This document shows, piece by piece, positions 11,401-23,218 of a stretch of DNA of 64,000 bases; position 1 is the stretch's first letter; every line of letters starts with the position of its first letter. The translations under genes were made by a program, and so were the position numbers. Origin of the DNA: Amphiscolops sp. MND2022 (taxonomy: Eukaryota); contig OZ076410.1 of assembly GCA_964187785.1 (NCBI GenBank), positions 62,744,001-62,808,000 of the forward strand, written 5' to 3'. The notes under the pieces were generated by a model. It ran no database searches. It was not told the origin of the DNA and saw only the letters and a program-made list of their open reading frames with translations.

Positions 11401-14400
11401 TTGAAGATGAATAGCGTTGACAGCGACGTCCATGTCAACCGTTTGGGATCTGCTTGTGCCTCTGAAACTCCTGATCTTTTCGAAACTTTCACATGCAATC
11501 AAAAATACTGCCCTGGTGTTGCCAATTTAGTTCAGGCCATTTTTGACATGTACAGAAACGCTACGGTTGAAGAACTGAAAGAAGTGCTGCAGTCTTACAT
11601 GGTCATCACTGTAAGATGCTGGACCAGGACAAATGAACTTTTGATTGATTACCTAAGATTTTCAGAGAACATATTTTAGGTGAAATTTTGAAGGTTTGGG
11701 GTAGGGCTGAGTTCCAGAGCGCCGCAGTGAACTTGCAACACTGCCTTATACTGTTCTGGTTAAACAATCACGATGAAGAAGATTTAAACAAAATTTCTTG
11801 CGCGCACAAACATGTTTTTGCTGAGTTTGAAAGACTTTTCAATGTCAATTTCAGTACAGAAGACAGTATTGAACACGCAGATAAGTTGTTCGATGATTGT
11901 GTCCGTGTTCAAACACATGACTGTGAAAAAGGACATTGCTTAAAAAAAGCTGGGTTAAACGGAGAAAGGAAATGTCGTTTCCACGTTAACCACAGAGCCC
12001 TTGTACAAGGAATTCCATCAGCCGCATACACAGGCGTTAGAAGTTCTACAGGAAATTGGTGTAGGTGAACCTTTGCCTAATTTTTTCAACACTTTGCAGG
12101 TCACTTCCACTCAAGTGACAAGTTTTGAAAGCAGGTGAGTATAAGCATGCGGCTCAAAAAGGGGAACATATGTCACCGCTTAATGTGGCTTTGTGGAGCA
12201 TTTGTAAATCTAGTCTCAATGTTTTGAAAGTGTGTAAGTCAGTCGCTTCCAGGTATTTGGCATCGTATGCCGCCGGAAAAGAAGAACACGCTGAGGTTTC
12301 TATCAACACCGATAATTCTCACAATGTTTTATATTTACAAGTTCAAAAAATTGAAAATATAAAGTTAGGCGGTGTCAGGAAAATTTTAGCTCGTGAAGCC
12401 AAGCAGGAAGTAATTCAGGGTATAATAGACTCGACAACGATTGCCAGTACTGAATGTGTGTCGTTGATGTTGCAGCTTCCAACGGTAGTAACAACAATGA
12501 ATTTTGTTTCGATTCCTACGGTTTCGCGTGAAAATTGAGGTAGGGTTGTTTTGAAGAGAAAAAACAACACTCAGTCGAGATCAAATCGTCCAGGTGTAGC
12601 GAATGAAGGTCCAGCTGAAATCAGAGAACATCATCAGCATTTCCCTAATCACAGACGTTTCACACGGGGACAGAAAATTGTTTTGGATAGAGTTAATAAA
12701 ACTCTTTTTAGTACCGTTAAAGTTACCGTTTTCGTAAATTGCTTTTTGTCAACAAATTGAGGCTTTATTACAGGTGGTTCGTGCGAGAAAAGTTGCCAGG
12801 TAAAAACGAAACTATTTGTGTTAGGTTTGTGAAAAATGATGTCAGAGATTCAAAATGGGTGGATGGTGAAAACAACTCCATTCGCTTAGGACCGTGTGCT
12901 GTTGATGAAGTTTCAAATTACACACAGGACTGTCTACTTCAAAACTCGGCTGATAATAGGCTGATTGATGCTATGCTTGCAGTTTCTGAATTATTCAAGA
13001 TATTGTCCCGCCATAATCGATCACTTTTTGTTTCTGCTGACCCGAATTTGTCCAATACACCAGCTGAAGTCGTTTTTTTCAAAAGTTTATCCACGCAGTC
13101 CTGCAAACATTTTGATTCATTTTTTTGCTTTCAACGCCGAATTTGAAACGGAACTAGAACTTTTTGACGTTGCCACTTTGAAAGACGCTTTTGTGAAAGA
13201 TGAAATTCTTCCGGACAAGTAAAATTTCGACGATTACAGGATGTAAATGAAATTTGGAAAAAAAATGTTCTTGAACAACTGAGGTACTTACCAGTTGGTA
13301 CAAGGTCTTTTGATTCGAATTTGTTGGCTGCAAACTCTGATCTCAAAGGTATGTTGACTCATAACAACATTTACAATGAAGGGTTATCAGTGACGACGAT
13401 GAATACTTTGACTGAAGAACTGGAGGACAAAGCAAAAAGATGCTTCGACAGTCTCAAGTAAACATCATCAAGTCGTTGACTCAGAAAAATTTACCGAATT
13501 TTCCTTCTTCAGCTGACTTCGATTCAGTCACAAAAGAAACACTTTTTTTTGATCCGCTAAATTGATAACATTGTTTCTCAGTCTGCTGAGTCAGTTCAAG
13601 AGCAATCGTTGATTTTAGAAACTTTAGAAGATCAAATTGTTGAGAGTTTGTTTGCAGGTCACAAGTTCAATAAACATCATTTAAATTTAGGTCCGCCCGG
13701 TACAGGTAAGACTTATGTGTTGTTAATGGCTTTAGGTTTTGCTTTATCAAAAGGTTTGTTTTGTCTTGTAACAAGTTTGGCATCCAGAAGACCGATGCAC
13801 TTCGGTGGGGAACATATACACAAACTGTTATGCTTGCCGCCTTCTTCGTCAGGGTCCCCAATCAAATGGCTGGTGGCTGAACAAGCATTGACAAAACTGG
13901 ACCACAGAAACAACAAGAAGATACTCCTCCTGGCTTTAGAAGTGCTGTTCGTTGAAGTGGTAAGTTTGATAAGCGCCAAACAGTGGTCTGCAATAGACAT
14001 TACACTGCGGGAGTTGAAGCAGTCAAGTCTGCCTTTTGGTGGCGTTCTGGTATTTGCGATCTTAGACCAGATGCAACTACCATCCAATGACGGCAATGAA
14101 ATTTTTCTTAGTCCGGTATTTTTGACGAACATCGCGTTGTTTTTTCTCGGACATTTCGTTCGAATGACTGATAAAGACGGTCAGACTGTGCTTCGTCACA
14201 TGTGGACGCGTCCGATCAATCCTGCCGCTGTCGCTGAGACTCAGGCAAATTTGGATGTCAAAGTAACGTTCAAAGACAGTTGAGCGGACCTCGACGATTC
14301 GTGTGTCATGCGTGTTTTCGGAAAGCGGAAAGCCGAGCAAAGAGATTTCGATAATCACATTGAGCGAGTACGCGGCTCCGTACTTGCGTTCAAGATCTTC

Positions 14401-15512
14401 GAAGCTACGGACGAAATTTGTCTTTGTAAGAGCTCTGTTTGGAACGTTACCAATTCAACACAGGTAAGTATTTGTTTGAGTGACTAGGTGAATGAGCCCC
14501 AAAAAGTGATAATTTGCAAGTAGGATCTGGTGAGGTTCACCGTTAATTTGGAATCCGAGCAGTTGTCGCAGGGTCAGGTAGGTGTAGTCCACAATGTTCC
14601 CTTCGGTGACTCGGTCACAATTCACATCCCCGATACCAGTGGTGGCGAGTTTGACATCACTCCGGCGTTGTTGGAACATGAGGAGTACGAGTACCTTAAC
14701 TGGCGAACAGTGACTCTTCCCAAACAAACAGGGTTTGTGCAACCGTTCAAGAAGAACTCCATCCGATGATGTCAGATACCAATGATGAACAACGTTGCCA
14801 TGACCACGCACAAACTCATGGGTGACACGTTCGACAAGCTGGCGACGTCCATCTCCGCAACTGATAGTAGCTACGCTTTGTGGATGACGTCGCAAGTTTT
14901 CGTGATCGTTAGTAGAGTAAAACAATTGAAAAACTTGACGTTCGTCGGAAAAAAGTCGGCTACGTTGGACACGATACGATCCATTTTTGAAACTAAGGAC
15001 TTGCGCGAAGAGCGTCTTTTCTCCTTGTTGGATAAAATAAGAAACAATTCGAGATCTGGTTCAGCTGTTCAACCCATCGACGTTTCGCAAAGGTCATGCG
15101 TTCCTTTAATAAGAACATACTGCAAACGCCTAATGGATTTGTTTACCTTTTGAGAAGCCTTCAACCCAGCATCGCCTCAAACGTTTTACGTTGGTCAAAC
15201 TGAGCGCGCATTGTTAACACGTTTGTCGGAGCACCACTGTGGCAACGGATCCGATTTCACTAAACCACCTCACAGGTTGCCGTGGCAGCTTTTGTTTGTA
15301 ATTTTGTGTCATCTTTTTCACGCCGCGATTTCGAACAAGAACTGCACAGCGTAAAGCACGAACGCCGTCATCGTTTGAAAACGCTCAACGACATGATCGC
15401 TCTTTTCCAGGAGAAGGTTACGGAAAAAATTGCGGTCTTCATTTTTGCGTGTGTGGACAGTGTGGGGCTACTTGAAGTTCAATGTCACTTGTCTTTAAAA
15501 TTAAAATCCTAA
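8443..15512 (+). pseudogene. RepHel transposase pseudogene (HUH Rep + Pif1-type SF1B helicase + C-terminal GIY-YIG nuclease), multiple stops and frameshifts
   Basis: ATG 8443 with CPIH..CGRC; CPAGC 9095. Rep motif 1 TFTCN 11485; motif 2 RAEFQSAAVNLQHCLILFW 11703-11759; QTHDC..C..CRF; motif 3 RYLASY 12251-12268. Helicase: Walker A GPPGTGKT 13690-13713, GGEHIHKLL, PFGG..LDQMQLP, AMTTHKLMGDT, QVFVIVSRVK. Then GFVYLL..FYVGQTE..TRLSEH..GNGSDFTK..PWQL..RRDFE (15135-~15340). Confidence 0.9.
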
Positions 15513-15545
15513 GAGTGAAAATTATTCGAAGTATTTGACTTTTTT

Positions 15546-15725
15546 GCTGGAATCGACGATGAGCGTGGTTCCAGGTTTGTTCACATTAGGTTAGTTTGCT
15601 GGAATCGACGGTGAGCGTGGTTCCAAGTTTGTTTACTTTAGGTTAGTTGCTGGAATCGACGATGAGCGTGGTTCCAGGTTTGTTTACATTAGGTTAATAT
15701 GCTGGAATTGACAATGAGTGGGGTT
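15546..15725 (+). repeat. Tandem array (~52-bp units, 4 copies) gctggaaTCGACG-NNN-AGCGTGGttccaggtttgtt.acattaggttag
   Basis: Motif starts at 15553, 15605, 15656 and a degenerate copy at 15708, immediately after the RepHel stop. Confidence 0.9.
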
Positions 15726-17082
15726 CCAGGTTTGATTATATTGAACATTAGCATTGTTGGATTAAAGAAGAAAGTGACAACGAACGATTTTAGAAGCAAC
15801 GATCTAGAAGCAAGACTTAGAGTGTATGAGCTTGATACTCCTTCCAAACTTATACACACTTTTTTGAAAAAAAATAACATCAAAGCATATAACCAGTGTG
15901 GTCCATTTGAGGCTTCCACGTTAACACACTCTTCAAATTGAAACCTCGTCAAATTCCAAAATCTGAAACATCATACCAAAAGCAGCCTTTCCCAAAACGG
16001 ACTTTTTCTACTTCGACTTGTTGACTAAAACTTAAAGACACTGAGACTTTAATTGACTGAATTCTACTCTTTTCCTACTCCTACAATTGGTTTTCCCTGA
16101 GTTTAGCTCGTAGGTTGAGTTGAGAGAAGATGAGATAGACCTCCGAGTAGCAGCAACCGCAGTAATTTCCGAATTACAATAATTTTATTTTAGGGACAGC
16201 AAAGCTTAGATAGAGTAATAATTGTTCTAGAAACATGTATATGGCTATAAACATGTATATCGGTTTCAGTCCAGTCGATGTCCTGGCCGGCGAAGCCCCA
16301 TTAGAGGTTGATCATCAGAAACGATTGTTATTTCTATACGAACTTTTACAATGCTGCTGCTAGTCAGAGGATGTTTGAAATTCTACAATGCTGCTACTTG
16401 TCAAAGGTTGAATAATGAACATTTTTCGCCAAAAGCCTATTTCCTAAAGATGATTAGGTTTCAATGATATCCACTTTTTTTAAAATTTATCAACCTTAAA
16501 CCTTTTGTTTTTACAATTTTACTTTCGACGAACAACGTATTTTCTTTCTGCTACAACTAATTTTCATGTGTGTCAATCCGTCATAAAAAGAAAACATTTC
16601 AAGATGGAAAATTGAAAAGGAAATACATAATTTACCTGTTATGTAGCAATGGAATGCTTTGGTTGCTTTTTGGTTTTTGGGAATGAACTATACGGAAGAG
16701 CTATTCACCATGTTAACTGGGACAAGCGTGGAGTGCCACTTCATTTTAAGATATCATACCACCGTGAGGCCAGTCTAGAGTTGAAATTTTGAATAATTCT
16801 CTATTTTGAAAACAGTAAATTCTCGATTTTTAAAGTAAACAGAGAGAAATTTTCTTAGATATGCTCTATCCTTCAGATATTCGCCCATAGGCTAGCCTTG
16901 TCAGGACGGTCATTATAACCTACTATCGAAGTCAGAACATTTCCATGAACATCATATATTAGGATTCGGTAAAATCTTCTTTGGTATCGACAGTGTATTA
17001 ATCATGAACAGTTATTACACCCAAAACAATTATTCGTCTCGTTTCTTCGTTTAATTGCCATTCTGTTTTCAGTTCTTGTTTG

Positions 17083-18047
17083 ATAACGTTGCCTGGATAT
17101 TTAAAAGCATCCCTGACGCTTGCGCAATCTCGTCAAGTCGTAACTGACCGCTACAATGACAGTAACACAACCATACTAACAGCCGACCAAACTCCATGCT
17201 TTTACTGCGTACCTTTAGTCTTCCTGTATGCCTCTCCTTCTGCGGGATAGAAACTGTCATTTAAAAAAACCCAAGAAAATGACACCCGAAAAACCAAATT
17301 AATCGAAACCGAAAAATTCCACCAGTTTCTTTTGTTGGGGTCAAGGGCCACAGAAGAGGTATTTGCGATGCTCACTGATACCGCTTTAGACTCGCACAAC
17401 CTATTGAGGTATCAATCCAACCTTAGTCCAGGCACGATTGTAAATATTCTCAATCCTAAAACAGAGGGGCTGCCAATACCACCCTACTCTCAACCATTGA
17501 GCAACTTGTCCCAAAGCAAGCTCAACCCATCATCAATCGCGCCCTCCCTCACTCCCTTGAAATGGCAAAATTTTGTTATTTGGAGTTTGTGTCAACTACG
17601 ATCCGCATAAAATCAGCGACTGCAACGGAAAGTGTGTATCCGGGTAGGTTCTGCGACGCGCAGTCTGTTCTACAGAATTGTGGCTGCTTACCCGTTGCAT
17701 CAAAGAAAAAATGAGTCCTTTCAATGGTAATTGAAAGTATTGAATATGCTCCTCGCGAAAATGTTAACACTGTATCGCTAACATCAAACAATGTTACGGA
17801 TATTTTTGTAACGGCGCAGAGACAAGAGTTGTCACCGAACTCAACGGAGTTCGATCCCTTTGCACTGGACACCGCAGTTATTGATATGTGCCAGCAAATA
17901 AATGAAAACGGTGGATTCATTGTGAGAGGGTGGTTTAAACCAAGCTCCACCGATGTTGGCGCTACGATTGAAGTGAAAAGAATACACGTGTGCCAATTGA
18001 AATATAATATTGAACTCACCGATGCCATTGCCGCTATGGAATATTGA
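17083..18047 (+). pseudogene. Cys-rich companion ORF of the Helitron-like element, function unknown
   Basis: Follows a ttttcag acceptor (~17072). Frame 17083 continues through TAG 17248 into ORF 17332. Shifted frames give FGVCVNYDPHKISDCNGKC / PGRFCDAQSVLQNCGC, a TGA at 17712, then ORF 17724-18047 ending INENGGFIVRGWFKP...AMEY. Confidence 0.6.
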
Positions 18048-18784
18048 TGTCAACTGAATGTTTCTGTTGAGAGTGTCTGTTGAGTCCTTGGAGATCGACG
18101 ATGAGCATGGTCATCCAAATTTTGTGTTCTATTATATATCCATGCTCCCATTTATCCTTTCAAACTTAGTGCTAATCATATTCAGTATCTAGAGGTTCAG
18201 TTTATAAACTGTTCGGAGTTGCAAAAATCTAACCTATTTAATCATGCAAATTGATTTAACTGATACATTATCATCCAATTTGGATATTCACCATTATTAT
18301 TAATTCATCATTATGCAATTACTCATTATGAATGTAATTAACATGTTCGGCTTCAATTATCTTTTAGAGAGTTGAAGCCGGATAGACACGAATCGAAAAA
18401 ATTGAAGATTCAATTTCTGAAACATATTCTAATATATTGTTTTTCAAATCTCTGTTTCAAGTTGTTAATTCCTAGGAATGCTAAACATACTAAAAACATA
18501 AAGTTACATAATCGACTTTTTTCAAGACATTGTTAATGATAACAACGCCGATTTGTAATTTTGCGTGTTTGGTGATATCCGGGCTACTTGAATTTTCTAA
18601 ACTACGACCGTAAAATCAGTAATGTTTCAATAGGTTTTAAATTAAACATTAAACAAATTTAACATTAAACCTTGTTGAGTATCCCACAAAGTTCGACTAC
18701 AGAAGGTGGACACCATGCGATCTAATTATTTGAAAGTGAGAATTGTATGAAATTCATAACTCTAATTTTCATTTGGTTAGTTTG

Positions 18785-18915
18785 CTGGAATCGACGGAAA
18801 GCGTGGTTCAAGGTATACTTACATCAGCCTAATTTAGTGGAATCGACGACAAGCGTGGTTCCAGGTATACTTATATCAGCCTAGGTTGGTGGAGTCGACG
18901 ATAAGCGTGGTTCCA
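18785..18915 (+). repeat. Tandem array (52-bp units, 3 copies) of the same TCGACG-NNN-AGCGTGG motif, plus a single copy at 18095
   Basis: Motif starts at 18791, 18843 and 18895. A lone atcgacgatgagcatgg sits at 18094, just after the companion ORF. Confidence 0.9.
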
Positions 18916-20449
18916 GATTTGAGTATTTTGAAATCGAGTATAATAATGTAGCGACAACCCTTCCGCATTCTCTAACATCATTAACCACTAATTAACCTCT
19001 CATCCAACACCCGACTGAAGACGATCCTTCTCCAATCACCGAGGTAACATTTTCATTTATTAACACTTTCCCGCCTTCTTGAATCTCTCCGTTCAACCGT
19101 GCACGTCTATGTCTCTTGTTTGTATTGAGCATTGGTCTGAGATCTATAGGGGTCTTGGCAGCCAGACTGTCAGCACGTTGGTCTTGTCGTTGGCGCTCTT
19201 TCAATTGTGGATCCTTCTGGTTGTGGATCACTTCTAGGGACATCGTCTTTAGACGCGGATTGCTTCGCTACGTCGTATGAGTCTCGGAAAGTTACTGTCC
19301 TGGGTCGTGGATCATTTATTGCAACTTGATTGGTTTAAAGGGTTGAAGCGTATTTTGTGAAAGTTCAGGAGATTGGTCTTGTTGTACTTTGTTTATTTTC
19401 CCCTGGAAAGCTGAAGGAAGCATGAAGTTCGAGCTAGGCGGTATCGAGAGACCAATGTCAGCGGATGCCAATGGCAAGGGAGAGGTAAGGATAGGAGGTG
19501 GGATTACAGGCAAACTACAGCTAAAGTGTTGCAAAGTTTGTGGGAAAGCAGGCGGCGGAATGTGGACAAAATGCCTGGCAGAGGGGAAGGGAATGGGGAA
19601 GTGAGGGCGGTGAGGCAGTTAAGGGTTGCATTCTCAGAGAACATTCTTGATCCATGGCAGTCCTAGTAGGCTCACCATAGGAATAATGGGATCGTGGGTC
19701 TCCGATACTGTGGGTTAGACCATCTCCTTACCAGACTCCATCTTAAAAACGTGCAGCACGAACGAGCGACCACATGGCACTGGAGACTGTGAGGACTAGA
19801 TTAGGGTGGTCATTATGCGCTTGCATCTTTGTGCAATGAGCATGGCAATGCCAGCGACTAGGGTTGGAGTAGCTTCATTCTCTAAAGTGTTCTCTACAAC
19901 CGCCAATTGATCAACTCTGCTATTGATTTCTCCTGGAGAGGGCGCGGCAGATGAAGTCCCAGGTTGAGGTAGCTGCCGACCATTGGTGGTCTGATTGGAG
20001 GGTGCGGGCATGCGTTGACGGGAAGAGTTATCCATGTTGGATAGTTGTACAGATGGTAGCACTGGAGGCGAATTGACCTCAGATGGAGCTCGAAAGGACG
20101 CTAATGGTTACTTACTTTGTGTCACTGTTACTGATGCTATAGATACGTAAACGCGGTCGTGAACTACTATTTCGAAGTTCGATTCGATGAAGTGGTCTCT
20201 AAGCATAGCATACCAAGTTGGAAGTATGTTGATTGGATCGAATTTTGGGGAACTTAAATGGGAAAACGGACTCGTGTGATGCATTTTTGATCGAGTTGGC
20301 ACATCAAGCCGAAGAAACAAAGCTGTAGAACTTCATGCATCTTGGGATGTTTATCTCATTATTAATTAACCAGGGCGCAGTCCCATTAACCAGGGCGCAG
20401 TTGGTGATCTAGTTTTGAGGACGGCTTCTTGTCCGTATTCTCGGATTAC

Positions 20450-21079
20450 CTAGCAGGTCATTGTTGAGTAAGATACAAGGTCCGAAGGACAACACAAAAG
20501 CAGCGTGCCAAGTGCCTCTAATATGTCTGTGTCGGCATAGGATATCCTTGACAAGTAGTTTGACCTAGTCTTACAATGTGTGAATAACCATTCAACCGTG
20601 GTGTTGCTAGAGTTGTCCGATGATGTTGACGCCGGGTGCTCGAAAATAGCCTTTCTGTCTTGCCATACAGTACGGCGCAAGAGTCGCTCACCCATGTTGG
20701 TGCAGGACCAATCATGAACTATGGAGAGTGCTTCAAGCACCGCGATTGGCTTGTCTAGTGTGTAGGTATGCTGGTCCAAGATACGTATTCGCGCGTGCCG
20801 GCAGAACATAAGTGCTACTAGTTGTAGCCAGTGTTGGCTGAAGAATTTTTCGCGATAAATGTCCGCTAGGAGAAAGCAAAGAGTGGTGTAGGATGGTATA
20901 CGTCCCCTGGGGATGAGGCAATGTGATATTGTTTCCACAGTTGGTATGTAGTGATGCAACGAACCATTTCCGTCTCTCCATCCTCCGGATCGATTTTGCC
21001 AGGCACTATCGAGGGCGGTAGTGGAGGTAGGACAGCTGGCGAAGTGAACTATAGACCGCTCTGGTCCTGTAGCGTCCAT
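20450..21079 (-). CDS. Open 209-aa accessory ORF 3' of Gypsy integrase, unknown function
   Basis: Uninterrupted ORF in the retroelement's sense orientation. No env-like transmembrane segment or other motif recognised. Confidence 0.4.
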   Translation of the reverse strand: MDATGPERSIVHFASCPTSTTALDSAWQNRSGGWRDGNGSLHHYIPTVETISHCLIPRGRIPSYTTLCFLLADIYREKFFSQHWLQLVALMFCRHARIRILDQHTYTLDKPIAVLEALSIVHDWSCTNMGERLLRRTVWQDRKAIFEHPASTSSDNSSNTTVEWLFTHCKTRSNYLSRISYADTDILEALGTLLLCCPSDLVSYSTMTC

Positions 21080-22279
21080 TCCTTAACACGATTCGGGACA
21101 ATCGGAAGCAGAAGCGTTGTGCAGCGCTTTCAGCGTAGTTTCTAGTGGTGGTACCACTCCTTGTTCTTTGCTTGCTTATAATTTCTCCACTGTTATTACA
21201 ATATGATGTACAAAAGGATGAATGTTATTTCGTTTCGCTTGAATGGCGAGGATTGCGTGCTCGGTGTTGGGGTTCAGATGATCGCATAGTTAGGAGTGAC
21301 CAATCGGTGATCCGGCGTCTCGTTCATGACTAGATTGACACAACTGCAATCGCGGGAAACACAGGTTCCACATCGATATCGTGGTCCTCTGTTCCTTTTC
21401 AACTGCTAACGTTGCACTTGCGATGGGATTGCATGGTCAGCTTCTCGCTGGGTCGATGACTGGCTCTCTGAAATGTTGGGTAGAGGCGTTGCTCGCTCCA
21501 GAGTTGTTGACGGGGCTTTAGTGCTGGTTCGAGATCTCGGTCCTCTTCTGGACATAGAAATTCGTCCTCTCGAGATCGTAGTGGTCCCACTTGAGGAGGT
21601 GCTGCCATCCCTTCTGCGGCCTGGTGGCCCGTCTTTAGGTCTACCTCTTCTATGTGTTGTTCTATAAGGTCTGAGAGGTTGCACCGGATAAGTATCTGGG
21701 ATTTGGGTTTCCTCGTTAACTTCTTCCTGGGGTTCGTTCTCCACAGGAGGCTCAGGAATTATAGAGTTCCCACCTTGAGAACTGAACAGTGGGAAGATGG
21801 TAAGAGTGTCTGTTAGGGAAGGGTTTGACAGTAGTGGAGCAGATGTTCCCGTGGGCGAGGGTAATAGATTTCGCATGGATTCTTCCAGAAGAATTTCTTT
21901 CTGGTCTGTGAATATGGGTTCTAGATCGTCCAATTCAGGGAAAACCATCGGTTGGGTTGATTCTGGTATCGGCTGTTCGGTCATTTCTTGATTTGACTCC
22001 GATTCGGAGGGGTATTCGAAATGACTGTATCTTCGTCGAGGTATCCCTTGTTGAAGAGCTGTCTGCGTTCGAGTTTGATTGGTACGCGGGGAACCGGTCT
22101 GGTTGGCTCTAATTCGAACAATGCCTCTGGCAGCTGTTCCGGCAGGAAATACCCTCGTGGAATGTGAGACGCTGTTTCTTTGTGACTCTCTTCGACGTAA
22201 AGATCAGCTAGTATAGCTAGCTACGTTCTAAAGCGGCCCAAAGCTGCCCAGTGTGCTGCCCATGTGCTGCCCAGTCCCG

Positions 22280-22590
22280 GGGAATAATGACGAGTAGTCC
22301 TGTAATTCCTGACTCGATTTTGCAAAGATTCAGGTGGTCGAACTGCACTAGATCATTGAAGTTGCTGCTGTTGATGCTTTGTAGAGGATATCATAGGTTC
22401 GCGGCTGGATGCTTGGTTTGTTGGCATGTCAAGCAAAACTTAATGTGGTTTATCACATTACACTTGAAGCCTGACCAGGTGTGTCTCCCGTGTATTCTCG
22501 CCAGAACGTTCCCTACGCCCTGGTGTCCAGGTTCGTCGTGTGCTCTCTACAGGATTTCATTTTGGTATAGTTGAGGCATGACGATCATGC
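22280..22590 (-). pseudogene. Gypsy integrase fragment (HHCC zinc finger and start of core)
   Basis: RAHDEPGHQGVGNVLARIHGRHTWSG..HIKFCLTCQQTK..PLQSINSSNFNDLVQFDHL..GLLVII, then truncated. Confidence 0.85.
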
Positions 22591-23218
22591 ACGGTCGCAC
22601 GTGCCGTGCACGTTGATGAGGAAAGTAATTGCCGCACAGAAAGTCATCAGGATTCAAGAAAAGTAGGTCTTAGTTTTGATGATAGTAACGTTTTGCGAAG
22701 TACTGCACACCTTCTGGAAAGACAGTATCTGCTAGAGTCTCATAGTTCATTAGCTTCTTTAGCGCCAGAAGATGGACATCTCGGTTTTGAGCTAGGTGCA
22801 AGTGTTTCAGACCGCGCTCGGTTAGCGCGTGTTGATCTAGCTCAGTTCCTAACACTCTAAGGATCTTGGCATGTTGTGGGCAATCTGCGTAATGTTGGGT
22901 CGCGTTTCGTCGTGTCCAGGTGTGCCGGTGACACTTTGAACTTTATACTAAGAATACGATTCGGTCTTTCATTTTCGTCAAGGGTCGGAGTTGTTTCCCA
23001 TTGTACTTTGGTTACCATGTGATGATATCTTCAGTTTGATTGTCGGTTAATGTTTGACATGATTCTTTCCGCAGGATGTATAGTACGGGAAGTCGGGCTC
23101 GAGCCTCGGCTGGAAGGTCTGAATGATCTGGTAATAATCGTCCATGTTTATCGAAGTATGGTACTGTGACAAGCTCTTCGGAATCGTTTTGTGTCATAAA
23201 GCTGAAACCCTTGCTCAT

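Larger units (their letters stand above)
5750..18930 (+). mobile_element. Decayed multi-gene Helitron-like (rolling-circle) element; boundaries approximate
   Basis: Co-oriented SGNH ORF, RepHel-GIY-YIG ORF and companion ORF, each followed by the same TCGACG-NNN-AGCGTGG motif (11 copies, 7682-18910). Exact termini (TC/CTRR or subTIRs) not identified. Confidence 0.7.

Noticed and set aside
15546-15725. 52-bp arrays (also 18785-18915) as CRISPR-like repeat-spacer arrays
   Set aside because: The whole unit is conserved with no unique spacers, only 3-4 units are present, the context is eukaryotic and there are no cas genes.
15699-15941. 80-aa ORF after the RepHel motif array
   Set aside because: It starts within the tandem array at a CTG codon and has no recognisable motif; insufficient support.
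16019-16178. TG...CA segment as a solo LTR inside the Helitron-like element
   Set aside because: The flanks (cgact/ataat) give no TSD and there is no second copy in the window.
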